Below, one piece after another: positions 30,362 to 40,879 of a DNA stretch of 64,000 nucleotides; positions within the stretch are counted from its first letter, which is position 1; the number at the start of each line of letters is the position of its first letter. The stretch is from an uncultured Aliarcobacter sp. GTDB lineage: Bacteria; Campylobacterota; Campylobacteria; Campylobacterales; Arcobacteraceae. Made by a program: the position numbers and the translations under genes. The notes below the pieces were generated by a model. That model was not told the origin of the DNA, searched no databases, and worked only from the letters and a program-made list of their open reading frames with translations. The stretch is from NCBI GenBank assembly GCA_963677435.1, contig OY781945.1:480001-544000 (forward strand), given 5' to 3'.

Positions 30362-31354
30362 TTATTCCTTTTTTAAATCACTAACTAATACTAAATCACC
30401 TTTAGAAAGGTTTTTATTAAATTTCATACCAAATTTATTGATTATTTCAAACGGTGAATAGTTAAGATCAGTTTTTATTCTTTTATATTCTAAAAGGTCT
30501 TTAGTTAATATATCATCTTTGCTTATATCTTGTTTCAAAATAGGAGCTTTTTTTAGTATTCCTACTCTTGAATAGTTTTTTTCACCTTCACTTAAGTTTA
30601 AAGAGCCACTTCCTAAAGATTTTGAAATAATCTCCATTTTATTATGAAGATTATCTAGCATTTCAAAATTTATAGTTGCTTCATAATCCAATCTTGCAAT
30701 ACCAAATTGTGAAGTAACATGTTTTTCTATATAATTAACACCTAAACTAGCTCCTGTTAATGTAATAAGTTCATTGAAATCTTCATTATATCCACAATGA
30801 TCAGCATAACCAAATTCTAAATTTGGATAAAACTGCATAATCTTTTTTAATCTATTGAAATTTATTTCTTCAAATTTTGTAGGATAATTTTGGAAACCAT
30901 ACATCAAGATAATATCATTTGTATTTAAATAATTTAAAGCAAAATCAATTTCTTCAATAGTATTTCCACTTATTCCTAATGCAATTTTCGTATTTTTAGG
31001 TTTATTCGCTTTTAAATAATCTAGTAAATTTAAATCTGTCATACAAACAGCATGTAATTCAATGATTTTAGGATTAAATGTACAAGCGAATTCAATTGCT
31101 TTTGTATCATTACATAAAAGCATTAATTCTTCAGGTTTAAATATGTTTAAAACTTTTTCCCAATTTTCTTTTGATATTTTCCATTTATTGTAACCCTCAT
31201 ATAATTTATGACTTTTATCAATATATTCATCTAAATCTAATAAAAGATGAAATTTAGCGATATCTGCTTTGCTAAGTTTGATTTTTTCTGCTAAATCAAC
31301 TAGAAAATCGATATCTCCTTCATGATGCCATGCTGTTTCTGCAATTAGTTTCAT
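30362..31354 (-). CDS. Divergent NeuB-family (PEP-dependent) ulosonate synthase
   Basis: IAETAWHHEGD, AKFH, YPT, GYADH, IEKHVT and a C-terminal SAF-like tail. Confidence 0.8.
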   Translation of the reverse strand: MKLIAETAWHHEGDIDFLVDLAEKIKLSKADIAKFHLLLDLDEYIDKSHKLYEGYNKWKISKENWEKVLNIFKPEELMLLCNDTKAIEFACTFNPKIIELHAVCMTDLNLLDYLKANKPKNTKIALGISGNTIEEIDFALNYLNTNDIILMYGFQNYPTKFEEINFNRLKKIMQFYPNLEFGYADHCGYNEDFNELITLTGASLGVNYIEKHVTSQFGIARLDYEATINFEMLDNLHNKMEIISKSLGSGSLNLSEGEKNYSRVGILKKAPILKQDISKDDILTKDLLEYKRIKTDLNYSPFEIINKFGMKFNKNLSKGDLVLVSDLKKE

Positions 31355-31355
31355 A

Positions 31356-32921
31356 CTATTCTCCTAAATTTTTTAAAATATTTTTTGCTTTTTCTATCAT
31401 TGAATCTTCATATAAATGTGTAAATCTATATTGTGCTTTTTGTGATATCTTTATATATATTTTTAGGTATTTTATAGATAGCTCTTTATTCTTATTTCTA
31501 TTGAAAAGATATAAATTGTAAAAGTAATCAGCTATTTGCCAATTCTTTGGAAGTTCCATCATTTTATTTTCTAATTTATTATCATAGAGATATTTCAAAT
31601 AAAAGCCTTTAAATCCAATTGGATAGCGTTTATAGTCTTTTAAAATTCTATTAAGGCCTTCTTCAATATATTTATTTTTTAATATATTTAGTTTTTCTTT
31701 TTGTAAATTTTTTTCTAATTCTAGAAAGTTATTGTTATTGATTTCATAAAGTAATTCTTTTCTTTCTTTTTCTAATCTAAAACCTGTAATTATATTTATT
31801 CTATAAAACTCTTCTAAAATTGAATTCATTGTTCTATATATTTGAGGGAAAGTATCTAATTTTTTATTCACATTAATTTTATAATTATCTATTGTTGTGG
31901 AAAAAAGAAGTTTTCCTTTGTATTCTTTCATAAAATAAGCAAATTCTATTATGCTTTTTTCAAACTTTTTTTCTCTTTTATAAAATAAATAGTTTTTAAA
32001 ATCTTTATTTATAACTTTTAGTTCATCCAAGTTACTTGGAAATAGTTTGTAATTAAATATATTACCTGTTGATTTATACATTTTATAATAATTATTTACC
32101 ATAGGAGTATTATAAAAGTAAGTTTCTATCATACTAAAACCATTAATAAATATAACAGGTTTATTCAATAAAATTGCAGGCATTACGGCAGTACTAAAAG
32201 TTGTGGCAACAATATCCGCTTTTTTGCTTAATTCTTCTAAATCTAAATGTTCTTTTAATAATATTAGATTAGTTGGTATTTCTTTAAAGTATCTATATAA
32301 ATGTTCGGCTTTATGTTTTGTATTTTCTTCATCTTCTAAAGCTCTGGGTTTAACTACAATATTATAGTTTTTATGTTTTTGCGCTAACTCTATTAAAAAT
32401 TCTGCTAATTGTTCTTTTCCTTTTTTCCCTGAAGGATAAAAATGTTGTTCTAAAAACAAAAATATTTTTTTTGATTCAGGAATATTTTGTGAAAGATGTA
32501 TGTCAAAAGGTATACCAATAGGAATTATATTGTGTTTTATCCCATTCTTAATTTGATTATCAACAAATTTTTCACCAAAACAAAATGTATAATCTGCATA
32601 TAAATGAGCTCCTCCTAAAACATATTCATCAGGGATTAAATGAAAAAATAAACTGATTTTTAAGTAGTTTTCTTTTAAGACTTTGTTTAATACTTCACTA
32701 TTTAATATATTTCCATAAATTGCTACTTCATATTTTTCATATTCATCAAATTCATCCCAATATATAGTTTTTACTTCTTTATTAAATAACATATGATTAT
32801 GAACATCTTCTTTATGAGTAAAAAGAATTAAAACATCATCTCCATTTCTTTTAAATTCTAAAGAAATTTTTAATAATGAAACATTATATGAATCAGTTGA
32901 CGCAATTATTAAGATTCTCAT
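31356..32921 (-). CDS. Putative GT-B glycosyltransferase (DUF6716-like)
   Basis: ASTDSY, LEQ, VKPR, TTFSTAVMPA. Start moved to MRILII (ATGA overlap with the neuC stop). Family call is from recall. Confidence 0.55.
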   Translation of the reverse strand: MRILIIASTDSYNVSLLKISLEFKRNGDDVLILFTHKEDVHNHMLFNKEVKTIYWDEFDEYEKYEVAIYGNILNSEVLNKVLKENYLKISLFFHLIPDEYVLGGAHLYADYTFCFGEKFVDNQIKNGIKHNIIPIGIPFDIHLSQNIPESKKIFLFLEQHFYPSGKKGKEQLAEFLIELAQKHKNYNIVVKPRALEDEENTKHKAEHLYRYFKEIPTNLILLKEHLDLEELSKKADIVATTFSTAVMPAILLNKPVIFINGFSMIETYFYNTPMVNNYYKMYKSTGNIFNYKLFPSNLDELKVINKDFKNYLFYKREKKFEKSIIEFAYFMKEYKGKLLFSTTIDNYKINVNKKLDTFPQIYRTMNSILEEFYRINIITGFRLEKERKELLYEINNNNFLELEKNLQKEKLNILKNKYIEEGLNRILKDYKRYPIGFKGFYLKYLYDNKLENKMMELPKNWQIADYFYNLYLFNRNKNKELSIKYLKIYIKISQKAQYRFTHLYEDSMIEKAKNILKNLGE

Positions 32922-34051
32922 TGTGAAAATTCCTGAAATTGTTTTTGGCATAAAATATTCCATAATTTCCCATTCTCTAGCAATTCTAGAAATAATTTAT
33001 CACTTTTCCCCTCACCAAAATAACTTAAATCATAAGAATTATTTTTTTTATAATATTTGATTCCTTTAATAGATTCTAATATTTTTTCTTTTTCATAATT
33101 GCAATGAAATATAGAAGAAAGTTTCGATCTATTAAATTGTCTTGTTCCTATGTCAATAGTTGGAGTATTATAAAATGGTGCTTCCCTAATACCAGCACTT
33201 GAGTTACCTATAATAAATTGGCATTCTTTTAACAATCTTAAAAAATATTCAAATCTTAAAGATGGAAAAATTTTTATTTTTGGATTATTTTCTAATCTTC
33301 TATATTCAGTAAGTATTTCAATAGAACCCAAATCATTATTTGGATAAATAATTATGTAGTTTAAATTACTTTCTAATAAAGCATCAACAAAGTTTTTTAT
33401 ATTTTCTTTTGTTTGTTCGTATTCTGTTGTAACAGGATGAAACATTGCTAGAGAATAATTCTCGTAAGTAATAGAATAATAGTTTTTTACAAATTCAATA
33501 GTAGGTAAAAACTTAGGATTCATTAAATCTAAATCTGGTGAACCTAAAACAAAAATAGAATCATTTAATTCTCCTAATTGTAAAATTCTGTTTCTTGCAT
33601 CATTATTTGCTACAAGATGTATATGAGACATTTTACTAACGGAATGACGAATATGTTCATCTATTGTTCCAGATATTTCACCACCTTCAATATGGGCAAC
33701 TAATATATTATTTAAACTACCTACAATTGAACCAGCTAGTGCTTCTACTCTATCACCATGAACTATAATTAAGTCAGGTTTAATATCATGAATATATTTT
33801 GAGAAGCCTTCAATTGTCCGTGCAAGAGTTCTATCCATATGCCCAATTGTTTCATGATTTATGAATTGATAAATATTTTTGAAACCAGCCTTGTATATCT
33901 CATCAATAGTTAATCCATATAATGGATTCATATGCATACCTGTAGCAAAAATATGTACTTCATAGTTTGGAGATTGTTGAGATATCGTAATTAATGATTT
34001 CAATTTTCCAAAGTCAGCTCTTGTTCCGGTTAAAAAAACTATTTTTTTCAT
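32918..34051 (-). CDS. neuC: UDP-GlcNAc 2-epimerase (hydrolysing)
   Basis: TGTRADFGK, TGMH, HGDRVE, HIEGGEISGTIDE, HPVT, YPNND, GNSSAGIREA (NeuC1/SiaA type). Confidence 0.93.
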   Translation of the reverse strand: MKKIVFLTGTRADFGKLKSLITISQQSPNYEVHIFATGMHMNPLYGLTIDEIYKAGFKNIYQFINHETIGHMDRTLARTIEGFSKYIHDIKPDLIIVHGDRVEALAGSIVGSLNNILVAHIEGGEISGTIDEHIRHSVSKMSHIHLVANNDARNRILQLGELNDSIFVLGSPDLDLMNPKFLPTIEFVKNYYSITYENYSLAMFHPVTTEYEQTKENIKNFVDALLESNLNYIIIYPNNDLGSIEILTEYRRLENNPKIKIFPSLRFEYFLRLLKECQFIIGNSSAGIREAPFYNTPTIDIGTRQFNRSKLSSIFHCNYEKEKILESIKGIKYYKKNNSYDLSYFGEGKSDKLFLELLENGKLWNILCQKQFQEFSQ

Positions 34052-34509
34052 AGGTTCTCTGTAAAATTCTGAATATCTTCAATTGAAAATTCATCTTGTT
34101 TATTTAAATATCGACTCCATGTTATATTCTCTTTTACTACTTTTGCTGGTATTCCAACGGCAATAGAATAAGATTGTATTTTATTCGTTACAACGGCATT
34201 AGAACCTATAATGCTACTTTTCCCTATGTAAGCTTTTGACAATAAGGTTACATTTCTACCTATCCAGACATGATTCTCTAAAATAACGCTACTAAATGAA
34301 GAATTAAGTATTTCTCCTGACGCTAAGTCGATTATTCCATGTTGGTTAGAAGATTGTACCCATACCCCACCTAAAAATAAACAATTTTTTTCACAAATAA
34401 ATTCTGAATTTTCACATACAAGAGTTAATCCCATTGCTTGAGTATTCTCTCCAAAAAAACCTTCACATAATTCTACTTCTTCTGGGAGATTTGGTAAGTT
34501 ATATCTCAT
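34048..34509 (-). CDS. Left-handed beta-helix O-acyltransferase, sialate O-acetyltransferase-like
   Basis: NQHGIID..GEILN, HVWIG, IGKSSIIGSNAVV, GIPAKVVKENITWSR. Confidence 0.75.
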   Translation of the reverse strand: MRYNLPNLPEEVELCEGFFGENTQAMGLTLVCENSEFICEKNCLFLGGVWVQSSNQHGIIDLASGEILNSSFSSVILENHVWIGRNVTLLSKAYIGKSSIIGSNAVVTNKIQSYSIAVGIPAKVVKENITWSRYLNKQDEFSIEDIQNFTENL

Positions 34510-35503
34510 GATAATCTCTCTTTTTTAGAATTATTCGCATATGGTTAGCTAATTTGGCATCATCAATTAAAGCTTGTAAATAAGGTATAACTTCTTTTAA
34601 TTTTTCATTATAATTAATGTTATCTTCATATTCTTTCATTGATAAATAATCAACCATATCAAGACCATAATAATCTATACTGATTATTTCGAAACCAGAA
34701 ATTTTGGCTAAATAATCTAAAGATTTAAGATTATAAAAACATAAGTGTTCATAAGGTAAGAGTAGGTTTTGTTTTTCTTTTTGGAAATAAAAGGCAAAGG
34801 AATTAATATTGGGTGTATACATTACTATATAACCATTTGAAGTCAATTTCGTATTTAAAGTTTTAAAGAAATTCAATGGATTTGGTAAGTGTTCTAAAAC
34901 ATCGAACATTGTAATTATTTTAAAATAGTTATTTTGTAATTCACTTATATCTTTCTTTTCTACATCAAGATCTTGAGATTTACAAATATCAACTAAATAA
35001 TCAGTTAACTCGATTCCTTTAGCTTTGATATATTCATCTTTTAAATAACTTAAGAAATATCCTGGACCACATCCTAAATCTAATAAAATATCATTTTGCA
35101 TATCAAAATTACATTTATTTAAAATATAATTTAATCTTTCTTTCCCAAAAGTTTTTTTTCTATATTCATAAGTTTCGAGTACTTCTATTTTTATCATTTC
35201 TTCATATTGATTATTTGCATAGACAATTTCATTATATTTATCATTTATCTCTATATTTGCAAATATTAAAGAACAACTATTACACTCAAATAATTTGTAG
35301 CTATTATGATTTAAGAATTCTTTATTGTCTTTTTTATTTCCACATAGAAAACAACAATTTTCATTGTCTTTTTTGTTAAGTATACTTCTTTTTTCCCAAA
35401 ATTTATTTCTTTCATCAATTACAAAATTTTTATAAAACCCTTTACTTCTTAATTTTAAAGGTTCAATATTAAAAATTTTTAGTTTTGAAAATATATCTAT
35501 CAT
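34499..35503 (-). CDS. Class I SAM methyltransferase with N-terminal Zn-ribbon
   Basis: CFLC...[32 protein letters not shown]. Confidence 0.88.
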   Translation of the reverse strand: MIDIFSKLKIFNIEPLKLRSKGFYKNFVIDERNKFWEKRSILNKKDNENCCFLCGNKKDNKEFLNHNSYKLFECNSCSLIFANIEINDKYNEIVYANNQYEEMIKIEVLETYEYRKKTFGKERLNYILNKCNFDMQNDILLDLGCGPGYFLSYLKDEYIKAKGIELTDYLVDICKSQDLDVEKKDISELQNNYFKIITMFDVLEHLPNPLNFFKTLNTKLTSNGYIVMYTPNINSFAFYFQKEKQNLLLPYEHLCFYNLKSLDYLAKISGFEIISIDYYGLDMVDYLSMKEYEDNINYNEKLKEVIPYLQALIDDAKLANHMRIILKKRDYHEI

Positions 35504-36543
35504 ATAATCTCATCTTCACTAATATGTGTATCACACGAAATATCTTTTGAAGCAACTTTCCCTAATATATTATTAAAAAACTCAGCTTTAATTTTTCCAG
35601 TACCTGGTCTTTTTACCCATAAATTTTCTGTTGTAAATATTTCACCTTTTTTAATATCTTTAATAGTGACAACTGTGGCAAAAGCAAAATCTATAGTAAC
35701 TTGTTCTTCTTTTGCAGCCTCTTTTTTCCCACCTCTCATTTTTGCAATTTCTTTACTTCCTTCAATAAGTTCTTTCATTGAATCTGGACCCATAGAGTTT
35801 ATAATATCAGGACCGGGTCTATCTGATTTATCTGTAAAATGTCTTTCTAAAATAGAAGCTCCTAATGCAGTTGCAGCAAAACAGGCTAAATTTGAAGTGG
35901 TATGGTCAGATAATCCTATTATTGCATTTGGAAAATAGTTTTGTAATTCTTGCATAGCTCCCAATCTAACTAAATTAGATGGAGTTGGGTATAAATTTGT
36001 AGTATGTAACAGAGCATAGTTGATGTTATATTTTTCTAAAATAGTAACTGTCTTTTGAATAGATTCAATATTATTCATTCCTGTACTTATAATCATTGGT
36101 TTACCAAATTTTGCAATATGCTCAATTAAAGGATAATTATTGCATTCTCCTGAACCTATTTTATATGCGCAGACATTCATTTTTTCTAATCTATTTGCCG
36201 CTGCTCTTGAAAAAGGTGTACTTATAAATATCATCCCCTTTGATTCAACATAGTTCTTAAGTTTTATTTCATCTTGTTCAGTTAATGCACATCTTTCCAT
36301 TATTTCATATATTGAAATATCTGCATTCCCTGGAATAACTTTTTTTGCTTCTTGACTCATTTCATCTTCAACAATATGTGTTTGATGTTTTATAACTTCT
36401 GCTCCCACACTATATGCAGCATCAACCATTTCAAAAGCAGTTTCTAAGCTTCCTTCATGGTTAATTCCTATTTCGGCAATTACTAAAGGAGGAAAATCTA
36501 AACCAATTTTTCTATTTTTAATTGTAATGTATTTATTTAACAT
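35500..36543 (-). CDS. neuB: N-acetylneuraminate synthase (NeuB1/SiaC type)
   Basis: [75 protein letters not shown]. Confidence 0.93.
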   Translation of the reverse strand: MLNKYITIKNRKIGLDFPPLVIAEIGINHEGSLETAFEMVDAAYSVGAEVIKHQTHIVEDEMSQEAKKVIPGNADISIYEIMERCALTEQDEIKLKNYVESKGMIFISTPFSRAAANRLEKMNVCAYKIGSGECNNYPLIEHIAKFGKPMIISTGMNNIESIQKTVTILEKYNINYALLHTTNLYPTPSNLVRLGAMQELQNYFPNAIIGLSDHTTSNLACFAATALGASILERHFTDKSDRPGPDIINSMGPDSMKELIEGSKEIAKMRGGKKEAAKEEQVTIDFAFATVVTIKDIKKGEIFTTENLWVKRPGTGKIKAEFFNNILGKVASKDISCDTHISEDEII

Positions 36544-37925
36544 ATTATTTCCCTTATGATATTGTCTAACGCTTCTCTTCCATGAGCTTTAAATAAGTAG
36601 TTTTTTTGATTAAAGATAGAGTTTTTCATAGTTGTAAAATAATTATTATCATCTATTAATTTCTGAATAATTGTTATCGCTTCTTTTATAGTTTCAGGCA
36701 TTGGAATATTAGGATTCTTGTTTTTTAATCTTTTATACATTTTCAATTTTGGTAAATTGAAATAAATAGGAATAACTTCCATTTCTAAAGCTTCAATTAA
36801 TGAGGTGGATGAGATACTAACAGCGATATCACTTCTTTGTAATACTTCTCCTACATCATGTGTTTCTTTGTTCATAAATACAATGTTATTTTCTAACTTA
36901 AGTAGATTTATATATTCTTGTGGAATAGGGTTTGAAGGGTGTTCTCTTACTATAATCTTTAAATTTAGATTGTTCTTTGCAGTAAAAATAATTAAATTAA
37001 TAAAATTGTCATAATATTCTTGGCTTATAAAATATTTTGTAACTTGAACAAAAAATGAAATAACTTTTACTCTGTGATTTTTATTATTAATATTCTGTAT
37101 TATATGATTACCTACAGCAATAAATTTACTATTTAAATTAAAGGGTCTAAAACCTTCTGAAAAGTACTCTCCCCAAGTTAAAAATTTCGAATAATTCATA
37201 TTTCTAAAAGTAGATGGATAGAATGGTGCATAACCATGTTGAATACAAATGGTTTTAATTTTCATTAATTTCCCAATTTCTCCTATTAATTGATCTGTAA
37301 TATGACATCCTTCAAAATTAATTATGATAGAAGGTTTAATATTACATAATATATTTATGAGTGAATGTAAGCTTATTGAGGTTTGTAAACCTTTTAAATG
37401 ATTAGGGAAATAAGATTCATCATAATAGTTCTCAAATAAGTTATATGAATACTCTTTTTCTTCAATATAATTGATTAATTCTCTTGATTTATCAAAACAT
37501 AAAAGGTGAATTTCCTTGTTTTTTAATTGATCAATTAGATTTTCTGCATATTTAAGAAATTTTAAAGACATTATTATAAAAAGAACTTTTGAATTATTTG
37601 ATGTGTAATTTTGGATTTTTTTTCTATATATATTATTTTCTTTATAAATAGGTATTTCTATATTTATCTCTTCTTTAATCATTAATTTTAATATATCTGA
37701 TTTAAATTTTTTTATTGTAGAATCATTTCGTTTAGTTATAAAAAGTTTATAAAAATAATCAATATTAGAAATAAAGTTGAAATACATTTCTCTTTCTATT
37801 GCATAACGCAAGTTAATATTTGATATTTTCCAACAACTAGATTCTTTTGATTCATATAAATCCATAAATTTAGTGATTGAATTTACTAAAACTTCATTAA
37901 AATTTTCAAATTTATCATAATTCAT
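36537..37925 (-). CDS. Putative GT-B (sialyl/ulosonyl) transferase
   Basis: NFEG, IQHG, TWG, VGN, VREHP (HP motif), SSTSLIEA; translationally coupled to neuB. Confidence 0.55.
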   Translation of the reverse strand: MNYDKFENFNEVLVNSITKFMDLYESKESSCWKISNINLRYAIEREMYFNFISNIDYFYKLFITKRNDSTIKKFKSDILKLMIKEEINIEIPIYKENNIYRKKIQNYTSNNSKVLFIIMSLKFLKYAENLIDQLKNKEIHLLCFDKSRELINYIEEKEYSYNLFENYYDESYFPNHLKGLQTSISLHSLINILCNIKPSIIINFEGCHITDQLIGEIGKLMKIKTICIQHGYAPFYPSTFRNMNYSKFLTWGEYFSEGFRPFNLNSKFIAVGNHIIQNINNKNHRVKVISFFVQVTKYFISQEYYDNFINLIIFTAKNNLNLKIIVREHPSNPIPQEYINLLKLENNIVFMNKETHDVGEVLQRSDIAVSISSTSLIEALEMEVIPIYFNLPKLKMYKRLKNKNPNIPMPETIKEAITIIQKLIDDNNYFTTMKNSIFNQKNYLFKAHGREALDNIIREIIC

Positions 37926-37934
37926 AAAAAATTC

Positions 37935-38951
37935 TCAATTAAATTTTATTTTTTTTTGTTTAAGATTAATAAAGTAATTTTTAAATTCTTTATGATTTAA
38001 AGATAAATTAATAGTATCGATAGAATGAAATTGAAAAGCATTGCATGATAAATCAATACTATCTAGATGTAGTCTACTAAAAATTTTATCATAAACTAAT
38101 TTGTGATAGCTATCCTTTGAATTCTCAATTTCTTCGTTTGAGAACCCTAATAAAATAGGATTTGTGTAAACAAGATCTTTATCTAGTTTAAATTTGTCAT
38201 CTAAATTTTGTAGCGTCATGTTTTTGAAATTTAATTTTAGATGAGTATTTAAATATAAAATATTGTTGCAATAGTTTCCAATAATAAACATAAGTTTTCT
38301 ATCTCTTAAATCATTGAAATCGAAGATATAAATTTCTATATTAGCAAGTAAATCGTAGACACTTTTAGTTACAGAATAATTAATATTTTTAAATTCTAAG
38401 AATATATTTTTAAATAATTCTTTTTGCTCATTATTGTGACAAAATCCTTTAAACTGAACATTTGGAAATTTAATTATTAGTTCTTTAATATATTCTATAA
38501 ACTCCTTATCTTCTAAATTTTCTTCAGCAGCTAAAAATCCAATAGAGTTAGAACAATATATATCTTTGATTTTTTCTTTATCAATTGGACTTTCTAAACT
38601 GTTCAAAAATGATGCTTCATTAAATTTAGGATGATTTTCTTTTATTAATTCATAAGGTGAGTTTTGTAAGTTCTCTTGAGTATCATGATTCTTAAAGTTA
38701 ATTAAAACTTTTTGACCTACATATTCATTTGGCAAAATATATTCAAATCCAAATCCTTCTAACTCATAAATATCTTCTATTCTTTGTAGGTGTTTATCTG
38801 CAATGATTGTATCTATTAAAATATCATCTAAATATACATCAACTTTTTGGATTTCATCACTATTTACTTTTTTGCAAAAACCTAAAAAAGAAAAATAGTT
38901 TTCAGTATGAAGGACTCCGTAAGTTTTTTGGTTTTTAGATGGGACAATCAT
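37935..38951 (-). CDS. Hypothetical protein (maf-associated)
   Basis: 338-aa ORF directly behind maf; beta-rich N-terminus (VDVYLDD...GFEYILP); no recognisable catalytic motif. Confidence 0.7.
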   Translation of the reverse strand: MIVPSKNQKTYGVLHTENYFSFLGFCKKVNSDEIQKVDVYLDDILIDTIIADKHLQRIEDIYELEGFGFEYILPNEYVGQKVLINFKNHDTQENLQNSPYELIKENHPKFNEASFLNSLESPIDKEKIKDIYCSNSIGFLAAEENLEDKEFIEYIKELIIKFPNVQFKGFCHNNEQKELFKNIFLEFKNINYSVTKSVYDLLANIEIYIFDFNDLRDRKLMFIIGNYCNNILYLNTHLKLNFKNMTLQNLDDKFKLDKDLVYTNPILLGFSNEEIENSKDSYHKLVYDKIFSRLHLDSIDLSCNAFQFHSIDTINLSLNHKEFKNYFINLKQKKIKFN

Positions 38952-38962
38952 TTCTACCTACT

Positions 38963-40837
38963 TTATATTTTATTACTGATTTTATCGTAGATACTATTAA
39001 AGTCATTTAAAATTTTATTAAGTTGAGAGCTTAATATTTCATTTGCATCTTGCTTATTTTTAAGAAATGTATAATAAGGCAATATTAGCTTAAAATAAGT
39101 ATCTAAAATATTTATAATAATTGAATATGAGATGGTTTTTTCTAAGTTTTTAAAGTTTGTAAAAAAATCTTCAATATTGTTAAATGATGATAATTTTTTT
39201 AATATTTTTCGCTCTTTTTGTATCTCTTTTATGTCTAAACTATTAAGCTGTTGTTTATTGATTTTTTTTAAGGAACTAAGTAAAAAATCTTTTAACATAA
39301 TTTTATCTATATCTGCACTGTTTTCCAGAGGTAGATTTTTAATCTCTAAAGAAGTTGTATTTTTAAAATATGCACCATCTGAGAGATTATATATTTTATA
39401 ACTCTTATCTAAAAGCTGGAGTTTATGGCTTAAATGTTCAATCATTTCTGTATATTCCATAAATGTCGGAACTTTTTCTTGTAAATTCCCTTTTACATAA
39501 ATGATGTTATTTTGAAAATTAATACTATTAGAACTACTATTTAAATTTATTTTTCTTGAAGAACGGTGAGTTCCAATATGTGTTTTCCCTGTTTTTGAAT
39601 CAAAAGAAGCATCAACACCTAAAAGATATAACTCTTTTGCACCTAATCTTAATAATAAATCAGTTCCAATGTCTCCTACCGTTACCCCTGATAAAAAGCC
39701 AAAATTTCTAAATAATTCAAGGGAGTTTTGCATAAAAAAGACATTTGAATCTTTTATGATTTCATATAAATTTTCGTCTATTTTGATTGAACATAAAATT
39801 GTTGAATTTTCATACATTGATTTTTTTATATTAAATTGATCCAACATACAATCTTTTTGACCATCAATTAAAATAATAATATCAGGAACAATATCAAGTA
39901 TTTGCAAATGTTTTAAAACAGCAGAAGAAGCCACAATTACAAATTTATTTTGATTAGTATAAAGCCACTCGATATTTCTAGCAAGGGAAACACCAGCACC
40001 TAAAAATAGGACTTTTTTCTTTTCAAGAAAATCATAATTTTTTGAGAGATTTATAATTTTATTTTCACTTTCTAAAAAATATTTAAATCCTCTTTTTAGA
40101 CTTATTAGATATTCAGAAAATGGGTATCTCATTTGGCTTGATTGGGTAAATTGTAAAGATAATTTATCAATTATTGCTCTGTATATCTCATCACTTAATT
40201 CATAGTGAATTAAATTGTTATACTCTTCTTGATATTCTAAAAAATCATTTACAATTTTTTGAAAATTAAATTCATCTTCTGCAATGGTAAAAAAAAGTTT
40301 TGATGATTTTGCAAGAGTTGTATAATCTGTCATAAACATTGAGAGTCTAAAAATCTCAAGATTAGGTTCAATTATTAAATAAGATTTTGCGTTAATACTA
40401 TTGTGGAAATCATTTATATGAACACCCAAAAGAGTTCCTATAAATACAAATTTATTTATTTCTGTACTTGTATTTGTAAAATTGTTTATGAAATCATTTA
40501 TGTATAAATATGCATTTATCTCATTTTCATAGTGATTTCTTTTTTCATAAGGTTCAAGTTTTATTAAACTAAAAGCATTAGAAAATTCAAAATTATTTAC
40601 TCTATCTTTTGCATCCACAAATGGGTCTTTATTATAAAAAGAAGTTTTATTTTTAATATCAATTAATTCAAATCTATTATCAATAAATTCAATTGAATAA
40701 TTTTCAATATTTAACTTTTCAAAAGCAACTAATTTTTCATATAAATCTTTATTATTTTGTTTAAAAAAAGTTAGATTATTTAAAAAAATTTGCTGTAATG
40801 TTTGTTGAATTTCTTCTAGTTCGTTTGTTTTACTCAT
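38963..40837 (-). CDS. maf: Motility-associated factor (Maf/DUF115) flagellin nonulosonyl transferase
   Basis: NLTFFK, IEPNLEIF, GAGVSL, PDII..D, LLGVD, YNLSDGA; near flagellin. Confidence 0.85.
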   Translation of the reverse strand: MSKTNELEEIQQTLQQIFLNNLTFFKQNNKDLYEKLVAFEKLNIENYSIEFIDNRFELIDIKNKTSFYNKDPFVDAKDRVNNFEFSNAFSLIKLEPYEKRNHYENEINAYLYINDFINNFTNTSTEINKFVFIGTLLGVHINDFHNSINAKSYLIIEPNLEIFRLSMFMTDYTTLAKSSKLFFTIAEDEFNFQKIVNDFLEYQEEYNNLIHYELSDEIYRAIIDKLSLQFTQSSQMRYPFSEYLISLKRGFKYFLESENKIINLSKNYDFLEKKKVLFLGAGVSLARNIEWLYTNQNKFVIVASSAVLKHLQILDIVPDIIILIDGQKDCMLDQFNIKKSMYENSTILCSIKIDENLYEIIKDSNVFFMQNSLELFRNFGFLSGVTVGDIGTDLLLRLGAKELYLLGVDASFDSKTGKTHIGTHRSSRKINLNSSSNSINFQNNIIYVKGNLQEKVPTFMEYTEMIEHLSHKLQLLDKSYKIYNLSDGAYFKNTTSLEIKNLPLENSADIDKIMLKDFLLSSLKKINKQQLNSLDIKEIQKERKILKKLSSFNNIEDFFTNFKNLEKTISYSIIINILDTYFKLILPYYTFLKNKQDANEILSSQLNKILNDFNSIYDKISNKI

Positions 40838-40842
40838 TCAAT

Positions 40843-40850
40843 AGTATAAT
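40843..40850. promoter_or_regulatory. Overlapping divergent -10 boxes for the two maf genes
   Basis: TATAAT (+, 40845-40850) overlaps TATACT (-, 40843-40848) in a 42-bp gap. Confidence 0.5.
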
Positions 40851-40879
40851 ATCTAACTAATTAAATAAAGGTTATAACT

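Noticed and set aside
29560..36543. Legionaminic acid pathway
   Set aside because: No LegB/LegC/LegH or PtmE-like genes are present, and neuB/neuC carry Neu5Ac-type signatures.
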